From an uncultured Enterobacteriaceae bacterium (lineage in GTDB: Bacteria; Myxococcota_A; UBA796; GCA-2862545), in contig CAYNFK010000006.1 of NCBI GenBank assembly GCA_964396405.1, positions 7,971 through 71,970 on the forward strand: a DNA stretch of 64,000 nucleotides, given 5' to 3'. Positions 57,040-64,000 of this stretch are shown here, one piece after another; position 1 is the stretch's first letter, and every line of letters starts with the position of its first letter. Position numbers and translations under genes: made by a program. Under the pieces are notes generated by a model. It searched no databases. It worked only from the letters and a program-made list of their open reading frames with translations, and was not told where the DNA came from.

Positions 57040-58586
57040 AAGGGCTCCGCGGGAGGGTCACCGAAGCAGAGAAACGGTATTGCACCCTCGCCTGCCGCCA
57101 GAGCAAGGCGGCGACAGGTGTCCCATGCGACCCCGGGCCGGACACCCCTCCCCGCGAGGCGCGCCCAGAAGGCCTCCAGCCCACGGACATCCGAAAGGGG
57201 CGCGAGGACCACGACGGGAACATCGCGACTGAGCAGGCAGGCGGCTTGACGGAGGGCGGGCGGCGCGGTCCCGTCGATGCGGAGCACGAAGACCTGAACG
57301 CCGGCGCGACGGACGTAGAGTTCGATCTGGTCGAACACAAGGTCCAGGTCGCCAGAGCGCAGTCGGCCCTCTTGGTCCAGGGACGCCGAGACCTGCACGG
57401 CCCACGGCGGAGCGTCGACGGGTCTGAAGTCCGCGACGACCCTCGTCTCTGTGACGTTCGAAGGAACGAGCAGCGGGGGCGAACCACCGATCACATCGAG
57501 CGAACCCGGCCCCGAACCGACGGGCCGAGCCCCGTCCAGCCACCGTCGCGGGTACCGGACGGAACGGCGGACCTTGACCTGCTCCCACGGCGCAGCGAGC
57601 AGCTCCACGGCGGCTGGATGGGTGGTGCCCACCATGCGGACTTCGACCGGATGGACGATGACATCGGGGTATCCGAGGGACGTCGGCTTGGCGTTTCCCG
57701 CAGAAGCACCGGCCGTTTCCCACCGCCGGATCCCGCGATCGTCTACGCGGAATCGGTCCGGCACAAGCCCGGTCGTCACAGAGGCCACCGCCGGAAGATC
57801 GAGGAGCACGCCGCGAGCCTCCCGACAGCGGTGTCCGGTGAGCCAAGCCCCCCGGCACAACCAGGTCGCCAGCCCGTCGGGTGGGGGAAGACTCCCGTCC
57901 TCGCCGAGAACGGCCGTGAGGCGCGGAACGATTGGCCCGTCACCGTCCGCGAGTTCGTTCGGGAGCTTGAAGCGCTCTACGAGTTGCTCCAACGCCCCCT
58001 CCAGCAGACCAGCACCACGCAGTTCACGGATGAGGACGTCAACCAGGTCCCAGTCTGGGCTGGCTACGACGAGATCGGGGTCGTCCGCGTGGTCCTCCGA
58101 ACGGACGAGCACGGGCACCGGCACCGCGTCGAATCCCGCGACCGGGGCCGCCAGCCGCGCCACGATCGTCGCGTCCCGCCCACGGAGGTCGCGCGCCGCA
58201 AAAGCCGTCGCCCAGGGTGGCAGCAAGCTCCGGACGGACCCGGTCCCGTCCAGGACCACGTGCACGTAACGCTCGGGCTCGTGGAGCTGTCCGTCTCGGA
58301 TCCACAGGCCCTCGCCGTAGATGCCGGTGCTGCGGTCTCCAATGGCAGCGGAGTAGCGCACCGTGACGGCGACCACGACCAAGTCAGCGTCCAACATCGC
58401 GCCCCACTGCCACTCCGCGAGCGATGCCCCCGAAGGCAGGTCCCGCTCGTCCCACACGACGCGCACGTAGCGCTCGAGCTCGCGGACCAGCCACGCAACC
58501 GGCTCGTCCACGCCGCCATCGGGCGTCCGCTTGTGGGAGACGAACACCCTCCGGGATGTCGTCCCGGCGACCACCCCGTCCATCAC
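57036..58586 (-). CDS. TIR-domain protein with an unassigned ~370-aa C-terminal region
   Basis: The N-terminus RVFVSHKRTPDGGVDEPVAWLVRELERYVRVVWDERDLPSGASL...ADLVVVAVT is TIR-like. The stop overlaps the STAND gene start (ATGA). Confidence 0.75.
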   Translation of the reverse strand: MMDGVVAGTTSRRVFVSHKRTPDGGVDEPVAWLVRELERYVRVVWDERDLPSGASLAEWQWGAMLDADLVVVAVTVRYSAAIGDRSTGIYGEGLWIRDGQLHEPERYVHVVLDGTGSVRSLLPPWATAFAARDLRGRDATIVARLAAPVAGFDAVPVPVLVRSEDHADDPDLVVASPDWDLVDVLIRELRGAGLLEGALEQLVERFKLPNELADGDGPIVPRLTAVLGEDGSLPPPDGLATWLCRGAWLTGHRCREARGVLLDLPAVASVTTGLVPDRFRVDDRGIRRWETAGASAGNAKPTSLGYPDVIVHPVEVRMVGTTHPAAVELLAAPWEQVKVRRSVRYPRRWLDGARPVGSGPGSLDVIGGSPPLLVPSNVTETRVVADFRPVDAPPWAVQVSASLDQEGRLRSGDLDLVFDQIELYVRRAGVQVFVLRIDGTAPPALRQAACLLSRDVPVVVLAPLSDVRGLEAFWARLAGRGVRPGVAWDTCRRLALAAGEGAIPFLCFGDPPAEPL

Positions 58587-58627
58587 GCACCCGCTCGGCG
58601 GGCGAGATATTCGACTTCGACCCGGTC

Positions 58628-58637
58628 GTCACGTGAC
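58628..58637. promoter_or_regulatory. perfect 10-bp palindrome GTCACGTGAC in the 75-bp divergent TIR/TIR intergenic region
   Basis: Read directly from the sequence. Confidence 0.25.
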
Positions 58638-58661
58638 TAGGAGAATGGAGCCCGGAGACGC

Positions 58662-59417
58662 ATGCAGCGAGCCGACGTCCGCCAGCTCTCCGACTTGCTC
58701 CGCACGCTCCTCGACGAGCACAAGCTGCGCAGGATCGCGCGCGAGCTTCCCGAAGGCGACGAACTCGCCCACTGGCTTCCAGGGGCCGGCGTGTCGTTCG
58801 TCCAGCTCGCCGATGCCCTGGCCGACGAGGCGGTCCGCCGCGGGCGCGCCCGCGCGCTCTTGGCGCTCCTCCGGAACCAGCTCCCTGGCCGTGCTGCCGA
58901 GATCGATGCGGTCGTGGCGAGGTTCGATATCGCCCAAGTGACCGAGAGCGCGCCTCGAACTACCGAGGAGCCCGAGACCTGGGACGTGTTCTTGGCGCAT
59001 CCGAAGGAGCTGGAGAGCCGTGCGGCGCGTCTGTACGACGCGCTCGTCGCTCAGCCCCACGGCCGGCGCGTGTTCCTCGACAAGCGCTGCATCGCACCCG
59101 GTGACGCGTGGCTGGACCGGATCCGCGGTGCGCTTCGCCGCACCCGAGTCTTCGCCGTCCTCATCGGTCCCACGAGCGACACTGCGTGGTTCCAGTCCGA
59201 GGAGATCCTCACGGCGATCGAGGTCACGCGCCGCGAACCCGACGACCACAAGATCGTCCCCGTCCTCGTCGACGGTGCCGAGCTCTCGTTCCCCCTGCTG
59301 CAACGGCAAGCGATCGGCTGGAGTGACAGTGCCGACGCCTCCGCCGTGGTCTCCGGCCTCGTTCGAGCCGTTGCCAACGTGGAGGCCAAGGCGGCGAGCC
59401 GTCCGGGGCCGGTGTGA
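58662..59417 (+). CDS. EAD1-like helical domain + TIR domain protein
   Basis: TIR region: WDVFLAHPKELESRAARLYDALVAQPHGRRVFLDKRCIAPGDAWLDRIRGAL..VFAVLIGP..AWFQSEEI. The N-terminal 90 aa is helical with ELP..LPG..PGR landmarks. Confidence 0.8.
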   Translation: MQRADVRQLSDLLRTLLDEHKLRRIARELPEGDELAHWLPGAGVSFVQLADALADEAVRRGRARALLALLRNQLPGRAAEIDAVVARFDIAQVTESAPRTTEEPETWDVFLAHPKELESRAARLYDALVAQPHGRRVFLDKRCIAPGDAWLDRIRGALRRTRVFAVLIGPTSDTAWFQSEEILTAIEVTRREPDDHKIVPVLVDGAELSFPLLQRQAIGWSDSADASAVVSGLVRAVANVEAKAASRPGPV

Positions 59418-59434
59418 CCGCGAGGCCCGCGGTC
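59416..59434. terminator. hairpin GACCGCG-AGGCC-CGCGGTC between the convergent TIR gene and integrase gene
   Basis: Read directly from the sequence: a 7-bp perfect stem. Confidence 0.35.
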
Positions 59435-59454
59435 GCGCCCCCGCGCGATGCGCT

Positions 59455-60588
59455 CTACGGCGACGCTTCGGACGAGCGGGATTCCTCCCCGTGCACCTCG
59501 GTGCGGATCTCCGGGAACGCCGCCAGCGCAGCCTTCGCCACGGCCGCCTCCCGATCCGCCTCGGTCACCTGCCGGTAGAACCGGAGCATCACCACGACCG
59601 AGTGCCCCGTCAGGCTCGCCGCCGTCGCCGGGTCCACACCCGCCCGCAGCATTCGATCCACCACCATCCGCCGAAGCCCGTGCGGCGTGAACGCCTTCAC
59701 GCCCGCTCGGCGACACGCGCGGGCCAGCCGCGACCGCACTGCCTGATCCCGTGGCAGTCCCAGCGTGGGGAATGCTGGCGATTCGTCCGACCCCGCGCGC
59801 GCCAGGACTTCATGGCCAATCACCTCGGGGAGCGGGAACCTGCGGGTGCCCGTCTTGCCCGTCAGACGAAGCTGGACGCGATTCCCGTCCACCTCGATGT
59901 CGCACCGGCGGAGGTTCGCGATCTCCGCGACTCGCGCCCCCGTGACCGCGAGAAGTTGGATCGCAAGGTGCGACTCGCCGTTGGTGGCACCAAGAACCCT
60001 GGCCACGTCGACCGGGGTGGGCGTGTGGTGGTTCAAGACGTAGCCCTCCACCTTCACCACCACCCTGGGGAACGGACGCGCAGGCACCATCACGCCTTGG
60101 CTGCCCCACCGCCACGCCATCGACCACACCCTGAACTCTTGGACGACAACTCTGGGTGAGGCACGCTCACGAAGTCTGTGGTCGCGGTACCGCTCTGCGA
60201 TGTCTCGGTCCATCCGGTGAACCTCAACTTCGCGGAGCCACGCCACAAGGTGCCGGCAGGCCTTCTCGTAGTGGTCCACCGTGCGGGGGGACAGGTCCGC
60301 ACGCTCTGCTTGCCGCGCGTACCAGCGGTCGAACAGCTCCCCCAGCGTCGTCACGGGACCCCTGGCGACGGTGGACTCCGGGGCTGGGAGGCCTCGCACC
60401 ACCCTGTCCGCGAGCATCACCTGCGCCTGCTCACGCGTGGCCCAACCCGACCACACCAGATCCCGGATCCCCTTGCGACGCGCCCGCCAATACCACTGCG
60501 TTCCCGCCGCGCTCTCTCGCGACCGGTTCATCGGTGACGCACGAATGGGACCAATCTCGACGGACTTCGGCCGCAACGCTTTGGTCAT
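59455..60588 (-). CDS. int: tyrosine-type site-specific integrase
   Basis: Start at MTKALRP within ORF 59455..60747. Catalytic landmarks are LLAVTGARVAEI (Arg), FTPHGLRRMVV (H-x-x-R) and TGHSVVVMLRFYRQV (His, Tyr). Confidence 0.9.
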   Translation of the reverse strand: MTKALRPKSVEIGPIRASPMNRSRESAAGTQWYWRARRKGIRDLVWSGWATREQAQVMLADRVVRGLPAPESTVARGPVTTLGELFDRWYARQAERADLSPRTVDHYEKACRHLVAWLREVEVHRMDRDIAERYRDHRLRERASPRVVVQEFRVWSMAWRWGSQGVMVPARPFPRVVVKVEGYVLNHHTPTPVDVARVLGATNGESHLAIQLLAVTGARVAEIANLRRCDIEVDGNRVQLRLTGKTGTRRFPLPEVIGHEVLARAGSDESPAFPTLGLPRDQAVRSRLARACRRAGVKAFTPHGLRRMVVDRMLRAGVDPATAASLTGHSVVVMLRFYRQVTEADREAAVAKAALAAFPEIRTEVHGEESRSSEASP

Positions 60589-61121
60589 CGCGCACCCCGC
60601 GCCAGGCCTGGACCGCCCAACGGACGGAGCGGAACCGCACCTGTGGCTCTGACGCGCCCCGTCCGCACCTTCGCCTCGGTGGCATCTGCCAAAGCCTCCA
60701 GGTCGATGCGAAGGGCTCGAAGCCAGTCGCCGAAGGGAGCCATCCACGCGCGGCCAATTCTCCGCGCCGTCTCTGGCCGAACCGCTCGAACGTCCCCCTG
60801 GCGGAGACCGAAAACGTCGGCCACGTCCTCAGTGCTGCACAGCGTTTCGGGCGTGGCGAACAGCGCAGCCCGTGCCTGAAGGCGGCGCAGCCGGTCGAGT
60901 TGAACGCGAGGGGCGGCCGGCACAACGTCGTCTTCGTCTCCACCGAACACCGGCGAGCACGGAGCACGGCGGCCCGGCCGGTCGAGGCGCAGGCGCCGTA
61001 CGGCTCGGAGGTCCGACCCAACGGGCGGCACGCGCCAGACGTAGACGACCCGACCGACCCTTAGGACCCCAAGATGTCGCTGAGGTCCGCTCTGGAAGGC
61101 GAAGCAGGTGGTGGTGCTCAT
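60585..61121 (-). CDS. hypothetical protein with an excisionase/MerR-like HTH segment
   Basis: Start at MSTTTCF. It has ATGA overlaps with both the upstream gene and the integrase. The LCSTEDVADVFGLRQGDVRAVRPETARR segment is HTH-like. Confidence 0.5.
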   Translation of the reverse strand: MSTTTCFAFQSGPQRHLGVLRVGRVVYVWRVPPVGSDLRAVRRLRLDRPGRRAPCSPVFGGDEDDVVPAAPRVQLDRLRRLQARAALFATPETLCSTEDVADVFGLRQGDVRAVRPETARRIGRAWMAPFGDWLRALRIDLEALADATEAKVRTGRVRATGAVPLRPLGGPGLARGAR

Positions 61122-61903
61122 GGGCGCACCCACCCTGGACAAAGCCGCTCGACTCGATCGACGAAGAGATGAAACTGGCGACGCTCACGATCTTGCTCGC
61201 GTTTCACGCTGCCTAGCGTCCGCCGGAGTTGAAGTACTGCGTCCTCAGAGGCGGCCAGCTTCCGTCTGACCCCCGCCAACTCGCTCTCAAGCTCCGACAC
61301 ACGCCCACGGGACAGATCCGCGAGCGACGGGAAGCCGCTCAACGGGACGCGCCTTGGGGCGGCAGGCGGCGCAGTTCGCGCGGGGACGCGCCGCTGCTCT
61401 ACGGCAGGCGGGTCGTACGCGCGGATCATGTCGCGCTGCGCTGCGTCGTCGTCAGGACTGAAGATCTCGTGCTTGCTAGGCAGGCGAAACTTCGCTCCGG
61501 CGATCGGACGACCGCTGCGATCCCATAGGCGCACGCGACTGTGGGTGTAGCGCCCCTCACACTCCCACACGATGGACGCGATTTCGATGATGAGCCAGCA
61601 GATCGGCGTGTCGATCTCATCGACCGGCACACGAAGGCGCTGCCGCTCCTTGCCGTCGAAGCCATAGTTGGAGATCGTCACGCTGGCGGTAGGGCCTTCG
61701 TGAACCTGCTGCATCACCAATTCGACCAACAGCGATGGCTTCCACGCGCCGGGGCGGGTGCCGTGAGACCGGGTAGGACCACGGGTGGTGGGAGGCGTGG
61801 TGGAGGGCGTGGTGGCGGGTGTGGTGGCGGGTGTGGTGGCGGGTGTGGTGGGAGCCATGGTGGCGCTCGTGGTTGTGATGTGCCAGGACGTTAGAAGCCG
61901 CAC
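61118..61903 (-). CDS. hypothetical element-encoded protein with an N-terminal (TTPA)n tract
   Basis: 261-aa ORF. The start could be Met1, Met16 (61858) or Met64 (61714). The C-terminus is coiled-coil-like (ELESELAGVRRKLAASEDAVLQLRR). Confidence 0.5.
   Translation of the reverse strand: MRLLTSWHITTTSATMAPTTPATTPATTPATTPSTTPPTTRGPTRSHGTRPGAWKPSLLVELVMQQVHEGPTASVTISNYGFDGKERQRLRVPVDEIDTPICWLIIEIASIVWECEGRYTHSRVRLWDRSGRPIAGAKFRLPSKHEIFSPDDDAAQRDMIRAYDPPAVEQRRVPARTAPPAAPRRVPLSGFPSLADLSRGRVSELESELAGVRRKLAASEDAVLQLRRTLGSVKREQDRERRQFHLFVDRVERLCPGWVRP
61809..61850. repeat. 3.5 tandem copies of the 12-bp unit GTGGTGGCGGGT
   Basis: Read directly. It encodes TTPA repeats if the 61118..61903 ORF starts upstream of it. 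Confidence 0.7.
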
Positions 61904-61954
61904 TTCGAGACATTCGATGCGCCGACATCCCGATCATAATCGCAAGTTGCCATA

Positions 61955-62467
61955 ATGCCAATCAAACGAGACCGTGGACCCAGGTTCGTTCGAGCCCGTG
62001 CGGTCCGCCTGGCCACCGACCCCAACGACCCTGACCGCCTCGTGTGGCAGGACGATCATGGGCGCGCCGTCCTGATGCTGGAGATCCTCGGCCGTGTGCT
62101 GTCGCTCGCTCGACGCCGCCTCCGCCTGTCGCAGCAAGAGATGGCGCACAGGTTGCGCTGGCCTCAGTCCGTCGTCAGCAAGGTCGAGAACGGCGAGGTC
62201 CACCTGACGGTCGAGCAGCTCGACGCTTGGGTGACCGTCGTTGCCGAGGTGGGTGAAGCCGACGACGACGGCGCGACTGCAGACCTTACCCCCGGGCAGG
62301 CTTTCGACATCGCCGACGCGCTTGCCGAGGCTCTCGACGAGGAAGCCTACGAGGTTCGGTGGGGAACGGGTCGGCTGTACGACGGCGAGCGACCACTGGT
62401 GCGCGGAGCCGAGCTGGAAGCCCTGCTCCTGCGACGCTGGCCGTCGGACTACCCGCGCCTACGATAG
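61955..62467 (+). CDS. XRE/cI-like helix-turn-helix transcriptional regulator
   Basis: LRLSQQEMAHRLRWPQSVVSKVENGE. It is divergent from the hyp-xis-int operon. Confidence 0.8.
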   Translation: MPIKRDRGPRFVRARAVRLATDPNDPDRLVWQDDHGRAVLMLEILGRVLSLARRRLRLSQQEMAHRLRWPQSVVSKVENGEVHLTVEQLDAWVTVVAEVGEADDDGATADLTPGQAFDIADALAEALDEEAYEVRWGTGRLYDGERPLVRGAELEALLLRRWPSDYPRLR

Positions 62468-62611
62468 CCCAAAAGCCCGACTCGCACCGGGCCCGCGATG
62501 GCCTCCGCGCACCGCCCCAAGCGAGCCGCGACGGCAGGTCGCGCACGCAACCCGCGACGCCACCAAGGAAACAAGAGTGAGCGAACAGGCCCTTGCGTTC
62601 CCAGCCAGGCG

Positions 62612-63115
62612 CTACGCGACCAAGCCGTCACGGTAGCTGGTCCTGCCTGCGACCCTCGCCGCGGTCAACACCTGATGCCGATTGTCGGCCGCACGCAACG
62701 ACACGTGCACCCACCCAGAGTTCGGCACCCCCGGCGTGTAGAACTCCAGGATGAGCTGATCGAACGCGACGTGGTCGCGAATCCACGTGGCGACGTCGGC
62801 GTTCGCAACGCCCGTGATCTCCAGGTCGGCCGCCTCGCCGGCAAGATGCTGCGACGTCGCCGACCCCTTCACCGCCCGATTGACCGCGGGGCTTCGATAG
62901 CCACTGTTGATGTGCACCGGCCGGCCGAAGTGGACGCGAACGGGCTCAAGCACCCCAAGGCACAGTCGTTCGAGTCGACGAACCACCTCCAACGACCCGG
63001 GCCAGTTGTTGGCCCTCACGTTCGTCCGGCACAGCTCGACCAACGTGAAGTGGTTGCTCAGGCGCAGGTCCGCCCTCTGATCGAGCGCGGAGTGGATCTG
63101 ATCATCGGTCAGCAT
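62612..63115 (-). CDS. peptidase M15A (zinc D-Ala-D-Ala carboxypeptidase / endolysin-like)
   Basis: INSGYRSPAVNRAVKGSATSQHLAGEAADL (SxHxxGxAxD motif) and WVHVS. Confidence 0.8.
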   Translation of the reverse strand: MLTDDQIHSALDQRADLRLSNHFTLVELCRTNVRANNWPGSLEVVRRLERLCLGVLEPVRVHFGRPVHINSGYRSPAVNRAVKGSATSQHLAGEAADLEITGVANADVATWIRDHVAFDQLILEFYTPGVPNSGWVHVSLRAADNRHQVLTAARVAGRTSYRDGLVA

Positions 63116-63529
63116 GGAGCCTCCTATGAACGTTCAACGAAACGATGGCAGCACCCGTTCGCGGGATGGCCACCCCTGACGCGACACGGGCAAGCGCACA
63201 CTCGGGGACGCCTCCCACCCCGCGGTGTCGCCGCGAGAGGTGTACACGTCGCCGTCCCCAGGCTCGCCCGGTGCGGTGCGCGTTGCCCGCGCCATGGACC
63301 ACGCCAGCGCAACAACTCCGCGTTTGGGCAGGACCGAACCCCGACGACCGACGCACACGACGTCCGCGCCCCGACCGGGTGACGGTGCCGTGTTTCCGCG
63401 ACGCCGCCAGCACGTTGGACGCCCCGGTCCACAGCGCGAAGGTCAACAGCGTGGCCAGCACGCGCAAGGCGATCCGCTCGGTGGACCGGCGGGGCCCCGC
63501 CCCCTGCTCGCGACCACAGATCCGCCAAG

Positions 63530-63811
63530 TCAGGCGTCTCGGGGGATAGCGACCACGTCCACCTTCACGGTGGTACGAGTCGAAGTGTCCGAGCCGGACT
63601 GGGTCTTGCGGAACACACCCCGGATCTCCCCGCTCTGGTACGACAGGGTGAGCTCCACCTCGATCGTCATCCCCGGCATGCGGTAGCGCACCGGCAGTTC
63701 CGACTGCGCTTGGGCGAGTTCGAGCTGCTGGGCCGCTTGAAGGAACGCGCTCGTGAGTCCCCCGAGCAGCTCGTCCAGCTTGATGCTGTTCTCGGCCGTC
63801 TGGACACTCAT
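63530..63811 (-). CDS. small trypco2-like (trypsin co-occurring domain 2-like) protein
   Basis: 93 aa: an N-terminal helix followed by PVRYRMPGMTIEVELTLSYQSGEIRGVFRKTQSGSDTSTRTTVKVDVVAIP. This resembles the trypco2 pattern as I recall it. It has an ATGA overlap with the upstream ORF. Confidence 0.45.
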   Translation of the reverse strand: MSVQTAENSIKLDELLGGLTSAFLQAAQQLELAQAQSELPVRYRMPGMTIEVELTLSYQSGEIRGVFRKTQSGSDTSTRTTVKVDVVAIPRDA

Positions 63812-64000
63812 CCGTCTTCCTCACCCACCGTGACCTTAAGCCACGACGTCGGCACGACGGCCGCCCCAACCTCAGCCGCCCACACATACCAGGTCCGGGC
63901 GTCCCTCAACTCCGCTAGCGAGTCCTGCTGCCCAGCGAGGCGCACGACGCCCTGACCGTCGATCTCCAGGTCTGCCCGGCCCGCCAGATCAAGTGGCACG
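63808..64000 (-). CDS. 3' end of an unidentified gene running off the window
   Basis: Open frame to the window edge, ending ...TSWLKVTVGEEDG. It is translationally coupled to the trypco2-like gene. Confidence 0.35.
   Translation of the reverse strand, partial: VPLDLAGRADLEIDGQGVVRLAGQQDSLAELRDARTWYVWAAEVGAAVVPTSWLKVTVGEEDG

Larger units (their letters stand above)
53119..64000. mobile_element. integrative-element / prophage-remnant-like accessory region (right end not in the window)
   Basis: It has an integrase, an Xis-like HTH protein, a divergent cI-like repressor, an M15A peptidase and conflict-system cargo. The left edge coincides with a strong hairpin after the last lineage-typical lipoprotein gene. 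No att repeats or tRNA were identified. Confidence 0.5.

Noticed and set aside
53439-58640. Multiple 170-580-aa plus-strand ORFs antisense to the STAND and TIR genes (e.g. 56898..58640, 54451..55464).
   Set aside because: They have Arg/Pro/Gly-rich shadow composition and no motifs. The minus-strand frames carry Walker A/B and TIR features and are ATGA-coupled.
63124-63528. ORFs of 74-134 aa on both strands between the M15A peptidase and trypco2-like genes (possible holin or small gene).
   Set aside because: All listed frames are Arg/Gly/Pro-rich shadows. One hydrophobic stretch (LATLLTFALWTGASNVLAA) lacks a plausible start and context. I cannot support a call, so the 415-bp gap is left unannotated.

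Overview
The window is a very GC-rich bacterial chromosome segment, roughly 70% GC by eye. Several gene types point to Myxococcota, possibly a Nannocystis/Plesiocystis/Sandaracinus-like lineage; this is inference only. They include many lipoproteins with Asp/Thr-rich linkers, RCC1-like CWG propellers, MopE-type and myxococcal Cys-rich repeats, FG-GAP proteins and an ECF sigma/anti-sigma pair.

Positions 1-36.6 kb and 41-53 kb are mostly core or lineage-typical genes:
- Housekeeping and RNA genes: leuS, yhbY, a trmH-like gene, nth, yidD, rraA, a RumA-like methyltransferase and an aminotransferase.
- Transport and metabolism: a MATE pump and an MDR oxidoreductase.
- Cell envelope: GT2 plus GT-C glycosyltransferases and a multidomain amidase.
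- Many secreted or lipoprotein genes.

Two accessory regions stand out.
1. A visibly lower-GC islet at about 36.7-40.9 kb has no integrase. It carries an orphan defence-type reverse transcriptase with a complete palm (motif C RWVDDF). Tail-to-tail with it is a GTGA-coupled operon encoding a 91-aa Gly/Ala/Ser-rich protein and a protein with an unassigned N-terminal region fused to a CHAT/caspase-like protease.
2. An integrative-element-like region runs from about 53.1 kb to the window end. It has an integrase, an Xis-like HTH protein and a cI-like repressor, an M15A peptidase and a trypco2-like gene. Its cargo is a NACHT-type STAND NTPase co-translated with a TIR protein, plus a divergent second TIR protein. 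The N-terminal helical domain of that second TIR protein is recognisably homologous to the extreme C-terminus of the STAND protein, suggesting an effector-associated-domain pairing.

These two loci are my best candidates for an undescribed or poorly described conflict system.

Other structure worth noting:
- A perfect 59-bp inverted repeat lies in frame inside two convergent lipoprotein genes.
- A seven-unit 21-bp tandem repeat sits in a divergent promoter region.
- There are several AT-rich or perfect palindromes in divergent intergenic regions.
- yidD is missing from the ORF track because it has a non-ATG start.

No rRNA, convincing tRNA or CRISPR array was found. Internal start coordinates come from ORF-track arithmetic plus reading the sequence, and many starts remain uncertain.
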